A DNA stretch of 32,000 bases, taken from Candidatus Diapherotrites archaeon CG08_land_8_20_14_0_20_30_16 (GTDB lineage Archaea > Iainarchaeota > Iainarchaeia > Iainarchaeales > 0-14-0-20-30-16). The DNA lies in the NCBI GenBank assembly GCA_002779075.1, contig PEXK01000050.1, positions 1-32,000 of the forward strand. The letters run 5' to 3'. Below, piece after piece: positions 25,390-32,000 of the stretch. The number at the start of each line of letters is the position of its first letter. The first letter of the stretch is position 1. The notes under the pieces were generated by a model. The model was not told the DNA's origin. It was given only the letters and a program-made list of their open reading frames with translations, and searched no databases. The translations under genes were made by a program, and so were the position numbers.

Positions 25390-28272
25390 CTAACCCTTCA
25401 TTACAAGTACAGGTTTTAATTTAACAACTGGTTTTGCCAATTTATTTTCTTTCAATACATTAATGACTTCTGAAACATCTTTATAACTTTCTGGTGCTTC
25501 CTCTAAAATCCCTTTTCTTGTCATAGTTTTTATTTCAATATTTTTTTGCGACAATTCTTTCATAACATTTTCATAAGTTAAATTCCTTAACGCACTACTT
25601 CTGCTCATTATTCTTCCTGCACCATGTGCTACAGAACCAAAACTTTTTTCTTCTGCTTTATCGCCTACCAAAACATATGAACAAGTACCCATACTCCCGG
25701 GAACAATAACTGGTTGACCTGTTTCTAGATATTTGTCTGGCAACAGTTTGTTTCCTTTTGCAAATGCACGAGTTGCGCCTTTTCTATGTACTAAAACATC
25801 CTGTAACTTACCATCTATCTTATATTGTTCTTTTTTTGCAATATTGTGTGCAACATCATATAATAAATCTAATTTAAATCCATATTTTTCAAATACTTCT
25901 CTTGTTTTAAAAGTCATCATTTGTCTATTTACATAGGCAAAATTTGCTGCAGCATTCATACTTTGCAAACATTTTTCACCTTCTAAACTTTGTATTGGCA
26001 CACAGGCCAATTGCGAATCAGGCAAATTAAATTTATATTTTGTTTGTGAATCCAAACACAATTTAATTAAATCAGTTGCTATTTGATGACCAAAACCTCG
26101 AGATCCTGAATGAATCATTACTGTTAAATCATTTTTGTGAAGATTCCATTTGTTTGCCAACTTTTCATCAAATATTTCATCAACAATTTGAACTTCTAAA
26201 AAATGATTTCCTGAGCCAAGAGTTCCAATTTGTGCTAATGCTCTTGAAATTGCTCTCTGTGATAAAAATTCATTTGATCCTTTTAAACAGCCATAATCTT
26301 CGGTTGATTCTTTATCGTTTTTATTTGCTATTCCATTAGCAATTGCATAATCAATTCCTTTTGAAGTTAATTCAAATAATTCTTGTTTAGTTAATTTTTC
26401 TTTTGTTTCTGAACCAACACCAGATGGAATATTTTTGAATAAATCATCTAATATTTGTTTTTTATTTTTTTCTATTAGCCCTATATTTGTATTTGAAGTT
26501 AATAATCTTACCCCGCAATTTGATACTAAAATATTATTTGCAACAAAATTATGCGATTTATGAGACATTGTAAAATCATAAACTGTTTCTAATTTATTCT
26601 TAATCTTAATTGATTTTATCAAATCTAGACAAAATCCTGTTTTTCCAAATAATTTTTCATTTTTTTTGACAAAGTTATCAAAAGATTCAAAATTAAAAGC
26701 AATTCTTGAGCTAGTTTTTCTTCCACCCCAAATCGATCTTTCAATAAATCTTTCATTAATATCAAAATCAACAAGTACTTTACAGATCTCGTTTTTAGAT
26801 GAATCATTGGTATGCATTTGTTTAGCTTGCTTTGCAATAATTTCTCTTTTATTAACAATTAATAATTTTTGTTTTAAATATGCTGCGGCTAGACCAGATA
26901 AATGTAACTTTTTAATATTATACTCATAACCAATTTTAGAAAATAAATTTATTAAATTTTGTGAATTTGAATCAATACAAAGCCTAACTCTATATTTATC
27001 TCCTTTTTTTCCAGAATATTCATAAGTAGGTTCTAATAAATTAGAATCAATATTAAATTCTTTTAATATTAACTTAATATCTGTTAAAAATTCAACTAAA
27101 TTTTGAATTTTACTTTTCTCTTTATCTTGTCCTAAAGTAGGCACATAAAAATTGTATTTATTTAAAGTTGATGTGGTACTCATATATGCACCAAAAAATG
27201 ATGCTAAATATAATCGTTTATACCATAATGGACTAGTCTTAATCCAATTTGGTACAACAATATCCTGTTTTGTTTTATCTCCTGCTAAAACACCTAACAC
27301 AATTAATAAACTCGCAAAACTCTGTGAATTAATATTAAAACTTTGTTCAATGTTTTCAAATTTTACCTCAGAATATCGAGTATTAATAGTGTGTGCCCTT
27401 TTTCTAGAATATACTTTTGTTGGGATATATCCTAATTTTAATGCATCCTGTCTTATCAAATTTAGATCTTCAGACAAACCATAAAAACTAACTGTTGCTT
27501 TATTATTTATATTTATTGTGCCATCGCCAGTAACAAAACCAATTATCTTTAATAAATAAGGTACTTTATCTGAATCTAAATATAAGGGCCAAAGATTTCT
27601 TGACTCTAATTCTTTAATTATTGTCTCTTTGTTAAAAGGTAAATTAAATCTAGATAATTTGTTTTTATCTAATAATAATTCGTGTTTTGGTTTTTCATAT
27701 TTAACCCCTTCAAAAGGGTAAATCATCACATTATCATCAACTTTTAATTTGTTTGCAAATATTTTTCCTTTATTTGTAAATATAGGATGATCTTCACTAC
27801 ATATTATTTCATAGCCTAATTTTGTATTAATTTTAACAATCTTATTTACTTGTTTTGATAAAAATAACTTTGGCACATTAGAATATAATTTTTTATTTTC
27901 AAATGCAATTAAATTTTGTTTTATCCCCTCTTTAATCTTATAATAATAGCCTAAATCAGACAATATTTTTGAGTCCCCTGTCAAACAATTTATATCAAAA
28001 CCCGTAACTCCAGGAGATATAATTCCATTCTCAAAATCAAATGCTACAACACACCCGATTGGGGCGCCATAACCAGAATGCATATCTGGCATAGCATATG
28101 CATTGCCAACAATTCCTGGCAAAGTAGAAGCATTTTTAATTTGATTAATTGCTTCCTGTTCAACTTGGTTTAATAATTTTTCATTTAGATAAAGAGTGCA
28201 ATCAGTATTCATATTGCCTGATTTCTTAATTACATATTCATTTGCATTTACTTTTGTTACTTCTTCGAACAT
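25390..28272 (-). CDS. rtcB: RNA-splicing ligase RtcB, interrupted by an intein
   Basis: 960 aa. Exteins of 95 + 375 aa carry 'MPDMHSGYG', 'GFDIN|CGVRLL', 'GSGNHF', 'HSGSRGFGH', 'HGAGR'. Confidence 0.9.
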   Translation of the reverse strand: MFEEVTKVNANEYVIKKSGNMNTDCTLYLNEKLLNQVEQEAINQIKNASTLPGIVGNAYAMPDMHSGYGAPIGCVVAFDFENGIISPGVTGFDINCLTGDSKILSDLGYYYKIKEGIKQNLIAFENKKLYSNVPKLFLSKQVNKIVKINTKLGYEIICSEDHPIFTNKGKIFANKLKVDDNVMIYPFEGVKYEKPKHELLLDKNKLSRFNLPFNKETIIKELESRNLWPLYLDSDKVPYLLKIIGFVTGDGTININNKATVSFYGLSEDLNLIRQDALKLGYIPTKVYSRKRAHTINTRYSEVKFENIEQSFNINSQSFASLLIVLGVLAGDKTKQDIVVPNWIKTSPLWYKRLYLASFFGAYMSTTSTLNKYNFYVPTLGQDKEKSKIQNLVEFLTDIKLILKEFNIDSNLLEPTYEYSGKKGDKYRVRLCIDSNSQNLINLFSKIGYEYNIKKLHLSGLAAAYLKQKLLIVNKREIIAKQAKQMHTNDSSKNEICKVLVDFDINERFIERSIWGGRKTSSRIAFNFESFDNFVKKNEKLFGKTGFCLDLIKSIKIKNKLETVYDFTMSHKSHNFVANNILVSNCGVRLLTSNTNIGLIEKNKKQILDDLFKNIPSGVGSETKEKLTKQELFELTSKGIDYAIANGIANKNDKESTEDYGCLKGSNEFLSQRAISRALAQIGTLGSGNHFLEVQIVDEIFDEKLANKWNLHKNDLTVMIHSGSRGFGHQIATDLIKLCLDSQTKYKFNLPDSQLACVPIQSLEGEKCLQSMNAAANFAYVNRQMMTFKTREVFEKYGFKLDLLYDVAHNIAKKEQYKIDGKLQDVLVHRKGATRAFAKGNKLLPDKYLETGQPVIVPGSMGTCSYVLVGDKAEEKSFGSVAHGAGRIMSRSSALRNLTYENVMKELSQKNIEIKTMTRKGILEEAPESYKDVSEVINVLKENKLAKPVVKLKPVLVMKG
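26518..27987 (-). mobile_element. Intein (490 aa) with LAGLIDADG homing-endonuclease domain in RtcB
   Basis: Starts 'CLTGDSKIL' right after 'GFDIN'. Block B 'SEDHPIF', LAGLIDADG block 'LLKIIGFVTGDGTI', ends 'HNFVANNILVSN' followed by the +1 Cys of 'CGVRLL'. The second LAGLIDADG block 'YLASFFGAYMS' lacks the acidic residue. Confidence 0.85.
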
Positions 28273-28342
28273 ATATAATATATAAAATTAGTAAGTATAT
28301 AAAATTATGTTAATATTTAAAATAAGAAACACAAGGATTGAT

Positions 28343-28498
28343 TTAATCCTTTACAAATTTCTGTATTTCATCTAGGTTTTCAATAATTAACTTTGCTTTT
28401 GTTTTGCCAAACATAAAAGGATACTTTTTTTCAGCATCTGCTTCAGCATAAAGTTTAATCATTTTATTTCCTTTAAATTCATCATATTCCACCGACAT
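28343..28498 (-). CDS. Unannotated 51-aa ORF, possible PC4-like small nucleic-acid-binding protein
   Basis: GGTGGT Shine-Dalgarno 4 nt before the ATG (28498). 'MSVEYDEFKGNKMIKLYAEADAEKKYPFMFGKTKAKLIIENLDEIQKFVKD'. It falls below the length cutoff of the supplied ORF track. The 'EFKG..MI.L' and 'KAKLI..NLDEI..F' pattern resembles the PC4 C-terminal half. Confidence 0.5.
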   Translation of the reverse strand: MSVEYDEFKGNKMIKLYAEADAEKKYPFMFGKTKAKLIIENLDEIQKFVKD

Positions 28499-28615
28499 AT
28501 TACCACCTTATTTTTCTTTTTTTAGCAAACTTAAAGTCAAAATGGCTTGTAAAAACAAGATCTTTTGACTTTGTTGTTAGAAATTCTTACTGATGCTTGA
28601 ATTTCGAACACTAGG

Positions 28616-28643
28616 TTTTCTTTCTTTTTTAAAAGAAAGAAAA
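28616..28643 (-). terminator. Oligo-T/oligo-A inverted repeat after tRNA-Ser
   Basis: TTTTCTTTCTTTT-TT-AAAAGAAAGAAAA (13-2-13), 7 nt beyond the tRNA 3' end. T-runs are archaeal termination signals. Confidence 0.4.
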
Positions 28644-28649
28644 GATAGA

Positions 28650-28732
28650 CGCAGGGAAAGGGATTTGAACCCTCGCCTCCAGAGGAGACCCGCTCTCAAG
28701 GCGGGCGCATTGGACCGCTCTGCCATCCCTGC
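28650..28732 (-). tRNA. tRNA-Ser (anticodon UGA)
   Basis: Hand-folded cloverleaf: acceptor GCAGGGA/TCCCTGC, anticodon stem CCCGC/GCGGG, loop CTTGAGA, 14-nt variable arm (CTCC/GGAG stem), T-arm GAGGG-TTCAAAT-CCCTT, discriminator G. No encoded CCA and no intron. Confidence 0.9.
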
Positions 28733-28793
28733 AAACCGCAAGATCGGTTTACGCTCTGTATGTTTCGCTTTGCTCAAGCATACCTTCCAATAA

Positions 28794-28871
28794 TTTTCTT
28801 TCTTTTGGTAAACGTAAGATACCATCTTTCTTTTAGCAAACCTCACACTGTTTTCTTTCTTTTGGCAAACC
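28794..28871 (-). repeat. Three direct copies of GTTTRCYAAAAGAAAGAAAA at a 28-29-nt period
   Basis: Minus-strand starts at 28870, 28841 and 28813. Further copies or variants start at 29098, 28951, 28899 and 28530. Confidence 0.8.
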
Positions 28872-28953
28872 AAACTTGTGCTAAGTTTCTTTTAGAAACT
28901 TGTTACGAAGTAAAAGTATTGTGTAAACAATACTTGGTGTTTTTGGCAAACCT

Positions 28954-28974
28954 AGGCTTTTTACTAAAAAGCCT
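28954..28974 (-). terminator. Hairpin directly after tRNA-Pro
   Basis: AGGCTTTTT-ACT-AAAAAGCCT (9-bp stem), 5 nt beyond the tRNA 3' end. Confidence 0.4.
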
Positions 28975-28978
28975 GGTA

Positions 28979-29053
28979 TGAGGCTGTCCGGATTTGGACC
29001 GGAGTCGTAAGCTCCCAAAGCTTAAATGCTAGACCAGACTACACCACAGCCCC
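28979..29053 (-). tRNA. tRNA-Pro (anticodon UGG)
   Basis: Hand-folded cloverleaf: acceptor GGGGCTG/CAGCCTC (one G-U), U8, D-stem GTGT/GCAT, anticodon stem TAAGC/GCTTA, loop TTTGGGA, T-arm TCCGG-TCCAAAT-CCGGA, discriminator A. No encoded CCA and no intron. Confidence 0.88.
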
Positions 29054-29280
29054 TGGCTTTTAGAAAAAAGATAAATTTTTCTTTCTTTTTGGATAAACTT
29101 TAGCCTTTTTCTTTACTTTCTGAAAAGAAAGAAAAAGGATATAGTGCTCAGCCCGCCTATCAATCATCATAATTCAGCAGGGGTTAACCTCATCATAGCA
29201 AATATATTCTTAAGCTAAAGTCTTTTTAAAGCTTCCTTTGTATTTATATATAGTGAAAAACAGAAGAATTTGGTGAGTAT

Positions 29281-31446
29281 ATGGTTACGAGATTGGAAGA
29301 AGTAAGAAACGAGAAAATCAAAAAATTAGAAGCATTAAAAAAGGGGAGATATAACCCTTATGAAATCGAGAAATATGACAAGCAGTTTGATGTTGACAAA
29401 TTACAACAAAAATATGAAAAAATAAAAACTGGTGAAGAAAGTAAAGAAATAATAAAAACTGCAGGCAGAATAACAAGCATAAGAGGTCATGGCAAATTAT
29501 TCTTTTTAGATTTAAATGACGAAAAAGGAAAAATACAGGTTGTAATTAGACAAGATAAAACAAAAAACTTTGATGATATTAAATATTTAGGCACAGGTGA
29601 TTTTGTTGGTGTGCAAGGAAATATAACAAGAACTAATTCTGGAGAATTAAGTATCGTTGTACAAGATTTCACAATATTATGCAAAAATATTATGCCTTTG
29701 CCAGATAAATGGCATGGATTAGAAGATCCTGAATTAAAATACAGAAAAAGATATTTGGATTTTGCAATAGATAAAGATGCAAGAGACAAATTATATGCTA
29801 AATTCAAAATGATTGAAAACATAAGAAAATTTTTGAATACTAAAGGGTTTATTGAAGTTGAAACACCGATTCTACAAAATCTTTTAACAGGAGCAAATGC
29901 AAAACCATTTGTTACACATCACAACACTTTAGACCTAGACATGTATTTGAGAATTGCACCTGAATGCTTTCTTAAAAGACTGATTGTTGGCGGATTTGAA
30001 AAAATATATGAAATTGGTAGAAATTTCCGAAACGAAGGTATTGATTTTAAACACAATCCCGAATTTACAATGATGGAATTATATTGGGCATATGCAGATT
30101 ATGAAGATATAATGAATCTAACAGAAGAAATTATTACTTCAGCAATAAAAGAAACTACAGGAAAAGATTCTTTAATATATGATGGTAAGGAAATTAATTT
30201 TAAAAGACCGTGGAAAAGAATTAGTATGCTACAAGCAGTAAAAGATGCAACAGGTTTTGATTTTGAGAAACTATCTGAAAAAGAAGCAAAAGAAATTGCA
30301 ATAAAAGAAGGAATTGATTTAGAGTTTGATTCTAGCAAAGGAAGGATTTTGTCAGAACTGTTTGCAAAACATGTTGAAACAAAATTAATAAATCCTACTT
30401 TTGTTATTCAGTACCCTGTTGAAGTATCACCTTTGTCAAAAAGAAATCCTAAAGATCCTAAATATACAAATAGATTTGAATTATATATTAATACTTGGGA
30501 ATTTGCAAATGCTTTTTCTGAATTAAATGACCCTTTTGATCAATATGAAAGATTAAAAAAACAAGTTGAACAAAAAGAATTAGGCAATGAAGAAGCACAT
30601 GATATGGATTATGATTTTATTGAAGCTTTGGAAACTGGTTTGCCTCCAACTGGCGGATTAGGAATTGGAATTGATAGATTAGCAATGTTGATAACTGATT
30701 CACACAGTATAAGAGATATTATCAGCTTTCCAACATTAAGACCAGAAGCAGGAACATTAGAATTATTATTGGAACCACACAATTCTTCTTTAAAAAAGAA
30801 GAACCAAGAAATTAAAATAGAAAAACAACAACAAAATTCTTTTTCAAAAAAAGAAACAAAAACAGATAAAAAAAAACTACCACTAAATAGAGAAAAGGCT
30901 TGGAAACTAATACAAAAGTATAATTCTGAGAAAACTGATTTAAATCATTATTTAGAAAGCGAAGCTGTTATGAAAGCATTAGCTAAGAAGTTGGGCGAAG
31001 ATGAAGAATATTATGGCCTGTTGGGATTATTGCATGATGTTGATTGGGAATTAACAAAAACAGACACTACGAAACATTTAACACTGGCACCAAAAATATT
31101 AAAAGAGCAAGGATTTGATGATGAATTTATTTGCACAATATTGTCACACGGTTATGGTTGTGATTGTGCAGGTTTAAAAGATAAAAAAAGAACTAAGAAA
31201 ATTGAACACGCATTAGCTTGCTCAGAAACAATTACTGGTTTAATTCATGCATATTATTTAATGAGAAAAACATTTGATGGTATGAAAGCAAAAGGATTAA
31301 ATGAAAAATTTAAAGATTCTAAGTTTGCACAAAAAATAAATAGAAACGCAATTAAAGAATGTGAGTCATTAGGGCTGATTTTAGTGGAGTTTATGCAATT
31401 AGCAATTGATGCAATTGCAGGAATAAAAGATAAACTATATTTATAA
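29281..31446 (+). CDS. lysS: Class II lysyl-tRNA synthetase fused to a C-terminal HD-domain phosphohydrolase
   Basis: Residues 1-~488: OB anticodon-binding fold and class II motifs ('FRNEGIDFKHNPEFT', 'GGLGIGIDRL'). Residues ~489-533: Lys-rich linker. Residues ~534-721: HD domain ('NHYLESEAVMKALAKKLGEDEEYYGLLGLLHDVDWE', 'ILSHGYG'). Confidence 0.85.
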   Translation: MVTRLEEVRNEKIKKLEALKKGRYNPYEIEKYDKQFDVDKLQQKYEKIKTGEESKEIIKTAGRITSIRGHGKLFFLDLNDEKGKIQVVIRQDKTKNFDDIKYLGTGDFVGVQGNITRTNSGELSIVVQDFTILCKNIMPLPDKWHGLEDPELKYRKRYLDFAIDKDARDKLYAKFKMIENIRKFLNTKGFIEVETPILQNLLTGANAKPFVTHHNTLDLDMYLRIAPECFLKRLIVGGFEKIYEIGRNFRNEGIDFKHNPEFTMMELYWAYADYEDIMNLTEEIITSAIKETTGKDSLIYDGKEINFKRPWKRISMLQAVKDATGFDFEKLSEKEAKEIAIKEGIDLEFDSSKGRILSELFAKHVETKLINPTFVIQYPVEVSPLSKRNPKDPKYTNRFELYINTWEFANAFSELNDPFDQYERLKKQVEQKELGNEEAHDMDYDFIEALETGLPPTGGLGIGIDRLAMLITDSHSIRDIISFPTLRPEAGTLELLLEPHNSSLKKKNQEIKIEKQQQNSFSKKETKTDKKKLPLNREKAWKLIQKYNSEKTDLNHYLESEAVMKALAKKLGEDEEYYGLLGLLHDVDWELTKTDTTKHLTLAPKILKEQGFDDEFICTILSHGYGCDCAGLKDKKRTKKIEHALACSETITGLIHAYYLMRKTFDGMKAKGLNEKFKDSKFAQKINRNAIKECESLGLILVEFMQLAIDAIAGIKDKLYL

Positions 31447-31451
31447 GGGAC

Positions 31452-31528
31452 TTTATGCCCGGTTGCAAATTTCTTTCAGGGAATCAAGAAATTATACAAC
31501 AGTATCATAAAATCAAAAGGGAGAATTT
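31452..31528 (+). promoter_or_regulatory. Conserved structured 5' leader (copy X)
   Basis: TTTATGCCCGGTTGCAAATTTCT...AGAAATTATACAACAG..CATAAAATC..GGGAG..ATG. Related copies lie at 5066-5135 (-) and 7921-7996 (+). Confidence 0.55.
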
Positions 31529-31987
31529 ATGCAGAAAGAAAAAGATAATAAAAAGGGGGGAATAGAAAAAGGAGATATTGTAACACTTAGCTACAAACTC
31601 TACGATTCTACTAAAAAATTAATTGATGAATGCAAAGAACAACAACCATTAGTCATTCAATATGGCAAAACAGTTATTAACAAAGATCTACACAAAAAAT
31701 TGATGGGCAAGAAAATCTGCGATACTGTCGAGATAAAACAGAAATTAAAAACAAAACCACCACTTATAAATATAGATTTTGATAATTTAGAGGAAGAAGA
31801 TCAAGAACAACTAGAAACTGGCCAAATTATAGAATTAAATATAAAGGACAAAAGAAACTTGTTTATTGTTGAAAAAATAAATCTAGAAACAGGAACTATT
31901 TTATTAAAATACAAAAACCCATACGAAAATCAAACCTTAACCAATATTGTGAAAATTGAAAAAATAAAGAAGAAAGTGAAAATATGA
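31529..31987 (+). CDS. Divergent FKBP-type peptidyl-prolyl isomerase (SlyD-like)
   Basis: 'IEKGDIVTLSYKLYDSTKKLIDE..PLVIQYGKTVINKDLHKKLMGKKICDTVEI' follows the SlyD/FKBP N-terminal pattern. The C-terminal 'LKYKNPYENQTLTNIVKIEKI' sits where 'NHPLAGK.L.F.V.V' lies. Confidence 0.5.
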   Translation: MQKEKDNKKGGIEKGDIVTLSYKLYDSTKKLIDECKEQQPLVIQYGKTVINKDLHKKLMGKKICDTVEIKQKLKTKPPLINIDFDNLEEEDQEQLETGQIIELNIKDKRNLFIVEKINLETGTILLKYKNPYENQTLTNIVKIEKIKKKVKI

Positions 31988-32000
31988 AAAAAGAATATAT

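Noticed and set aside
28794-28871. Possible mini-CRISPR array, because the direct repeats are regularly spaced.
   Set aside because: The period is only 28-29 nt, with a ~20-nt repeat and an ~8-nt variable part. Only three phased copies exist, there are no cas genes, and the repeat is an A-tract promoter-like sequence.
28577-28981. Track ORFs 28577..28873 (-), 28593..28793 (+) and 28760..28981 (+).
   Set aside because: They run through tRNA-Ser and the repeat-rich tRNA spacer. Their apparent coding potential comes from the GC-rich tRNA and the A/T-tract repeats.
28500-29140. Replication origin, suggested by an AT-rich region with iteron-like repeats and inverted repeats.
   Set aside because: No ORB/mini-ORB-like dyads and no orc1/cdc6 gene nearby. 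The repeats are better explained by tRNA promoter and terminator context.
160-30338. About 30 short track ORFs (60-140 aa) lying antisense to or inside long CDSs. Examples: 160..441, 1829..2128, 5973..6155, 7259..7486, 9282..9554, 13722..14036, 14789..15211, 18849..19160, 23222..23587, 26076..26339, 27152..27484, 29487..29822.
   Set aside because: They are low-complexity, Phe/Leu/Ile/Ser-rich shadows of AT-rich coding sequence on the opposite strand or in another frame. They have no start signals and no motifs, and each is fully overlapped by a well-supported gene.

Overview
Strongly AT-rich, gene-dense archaeal window. All coordinates were derived by hand and may be off by 1-2 nt. No database search was run, so every family call is by-eye motif recognition. 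Archaeal markers are an alpha4-type tRNA-splicing endonuclease, NAC, archease plus RtcB, a Hel308/Ski2 helicase and an ADP-forming acyl-CoA synthetase alpha subunit. Promoters are TATA-box type, with either GGTGAT/GAGG Shine-Dalgarno sites or leaderless starts. With the compact layout, this suggests a small-genome DPANN-type archaeon (inference). Housekeeping content: a co-directional RNA-ligation block (tRNA-Pro, tRNA-Ser, an unannotated 51-aa ORF, intein-containing rtcB, archease), endA, class II LysRS, NAC, a HIT protein and Hel308. Accessory content: a glycosyltransferase bracketed by inverted repeats next to a tyrosine recombinase, an MNT/HEPN pair with HEPN frameshifted, HicB/HicA, an ABC-2 transporter operon interrupted by an AlbA_2/Schlafen-like gene, two paralogous HTH plus basic-repeat proteins, and relics of FtsX-type and TrmB-type genes. 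The most interesting non-standard signals are: (1) a recurrent box TACACTAAACAG fused to a TATA box, often abutting the upstream stop codon; (2) a shared structured 5' leader in front of three unrelated genes; (3) a 20-nt motif array around the tRNA genes; (4) the inverted-repeat-flanked GT cassette; (5) unusual proteins, namely a 4xCBS protein with an HPF/RaiA-like tail, a Whirly-like protein and a LysRS-HD fusion. No CRISPR array, rRNA or classical IS element was seen.
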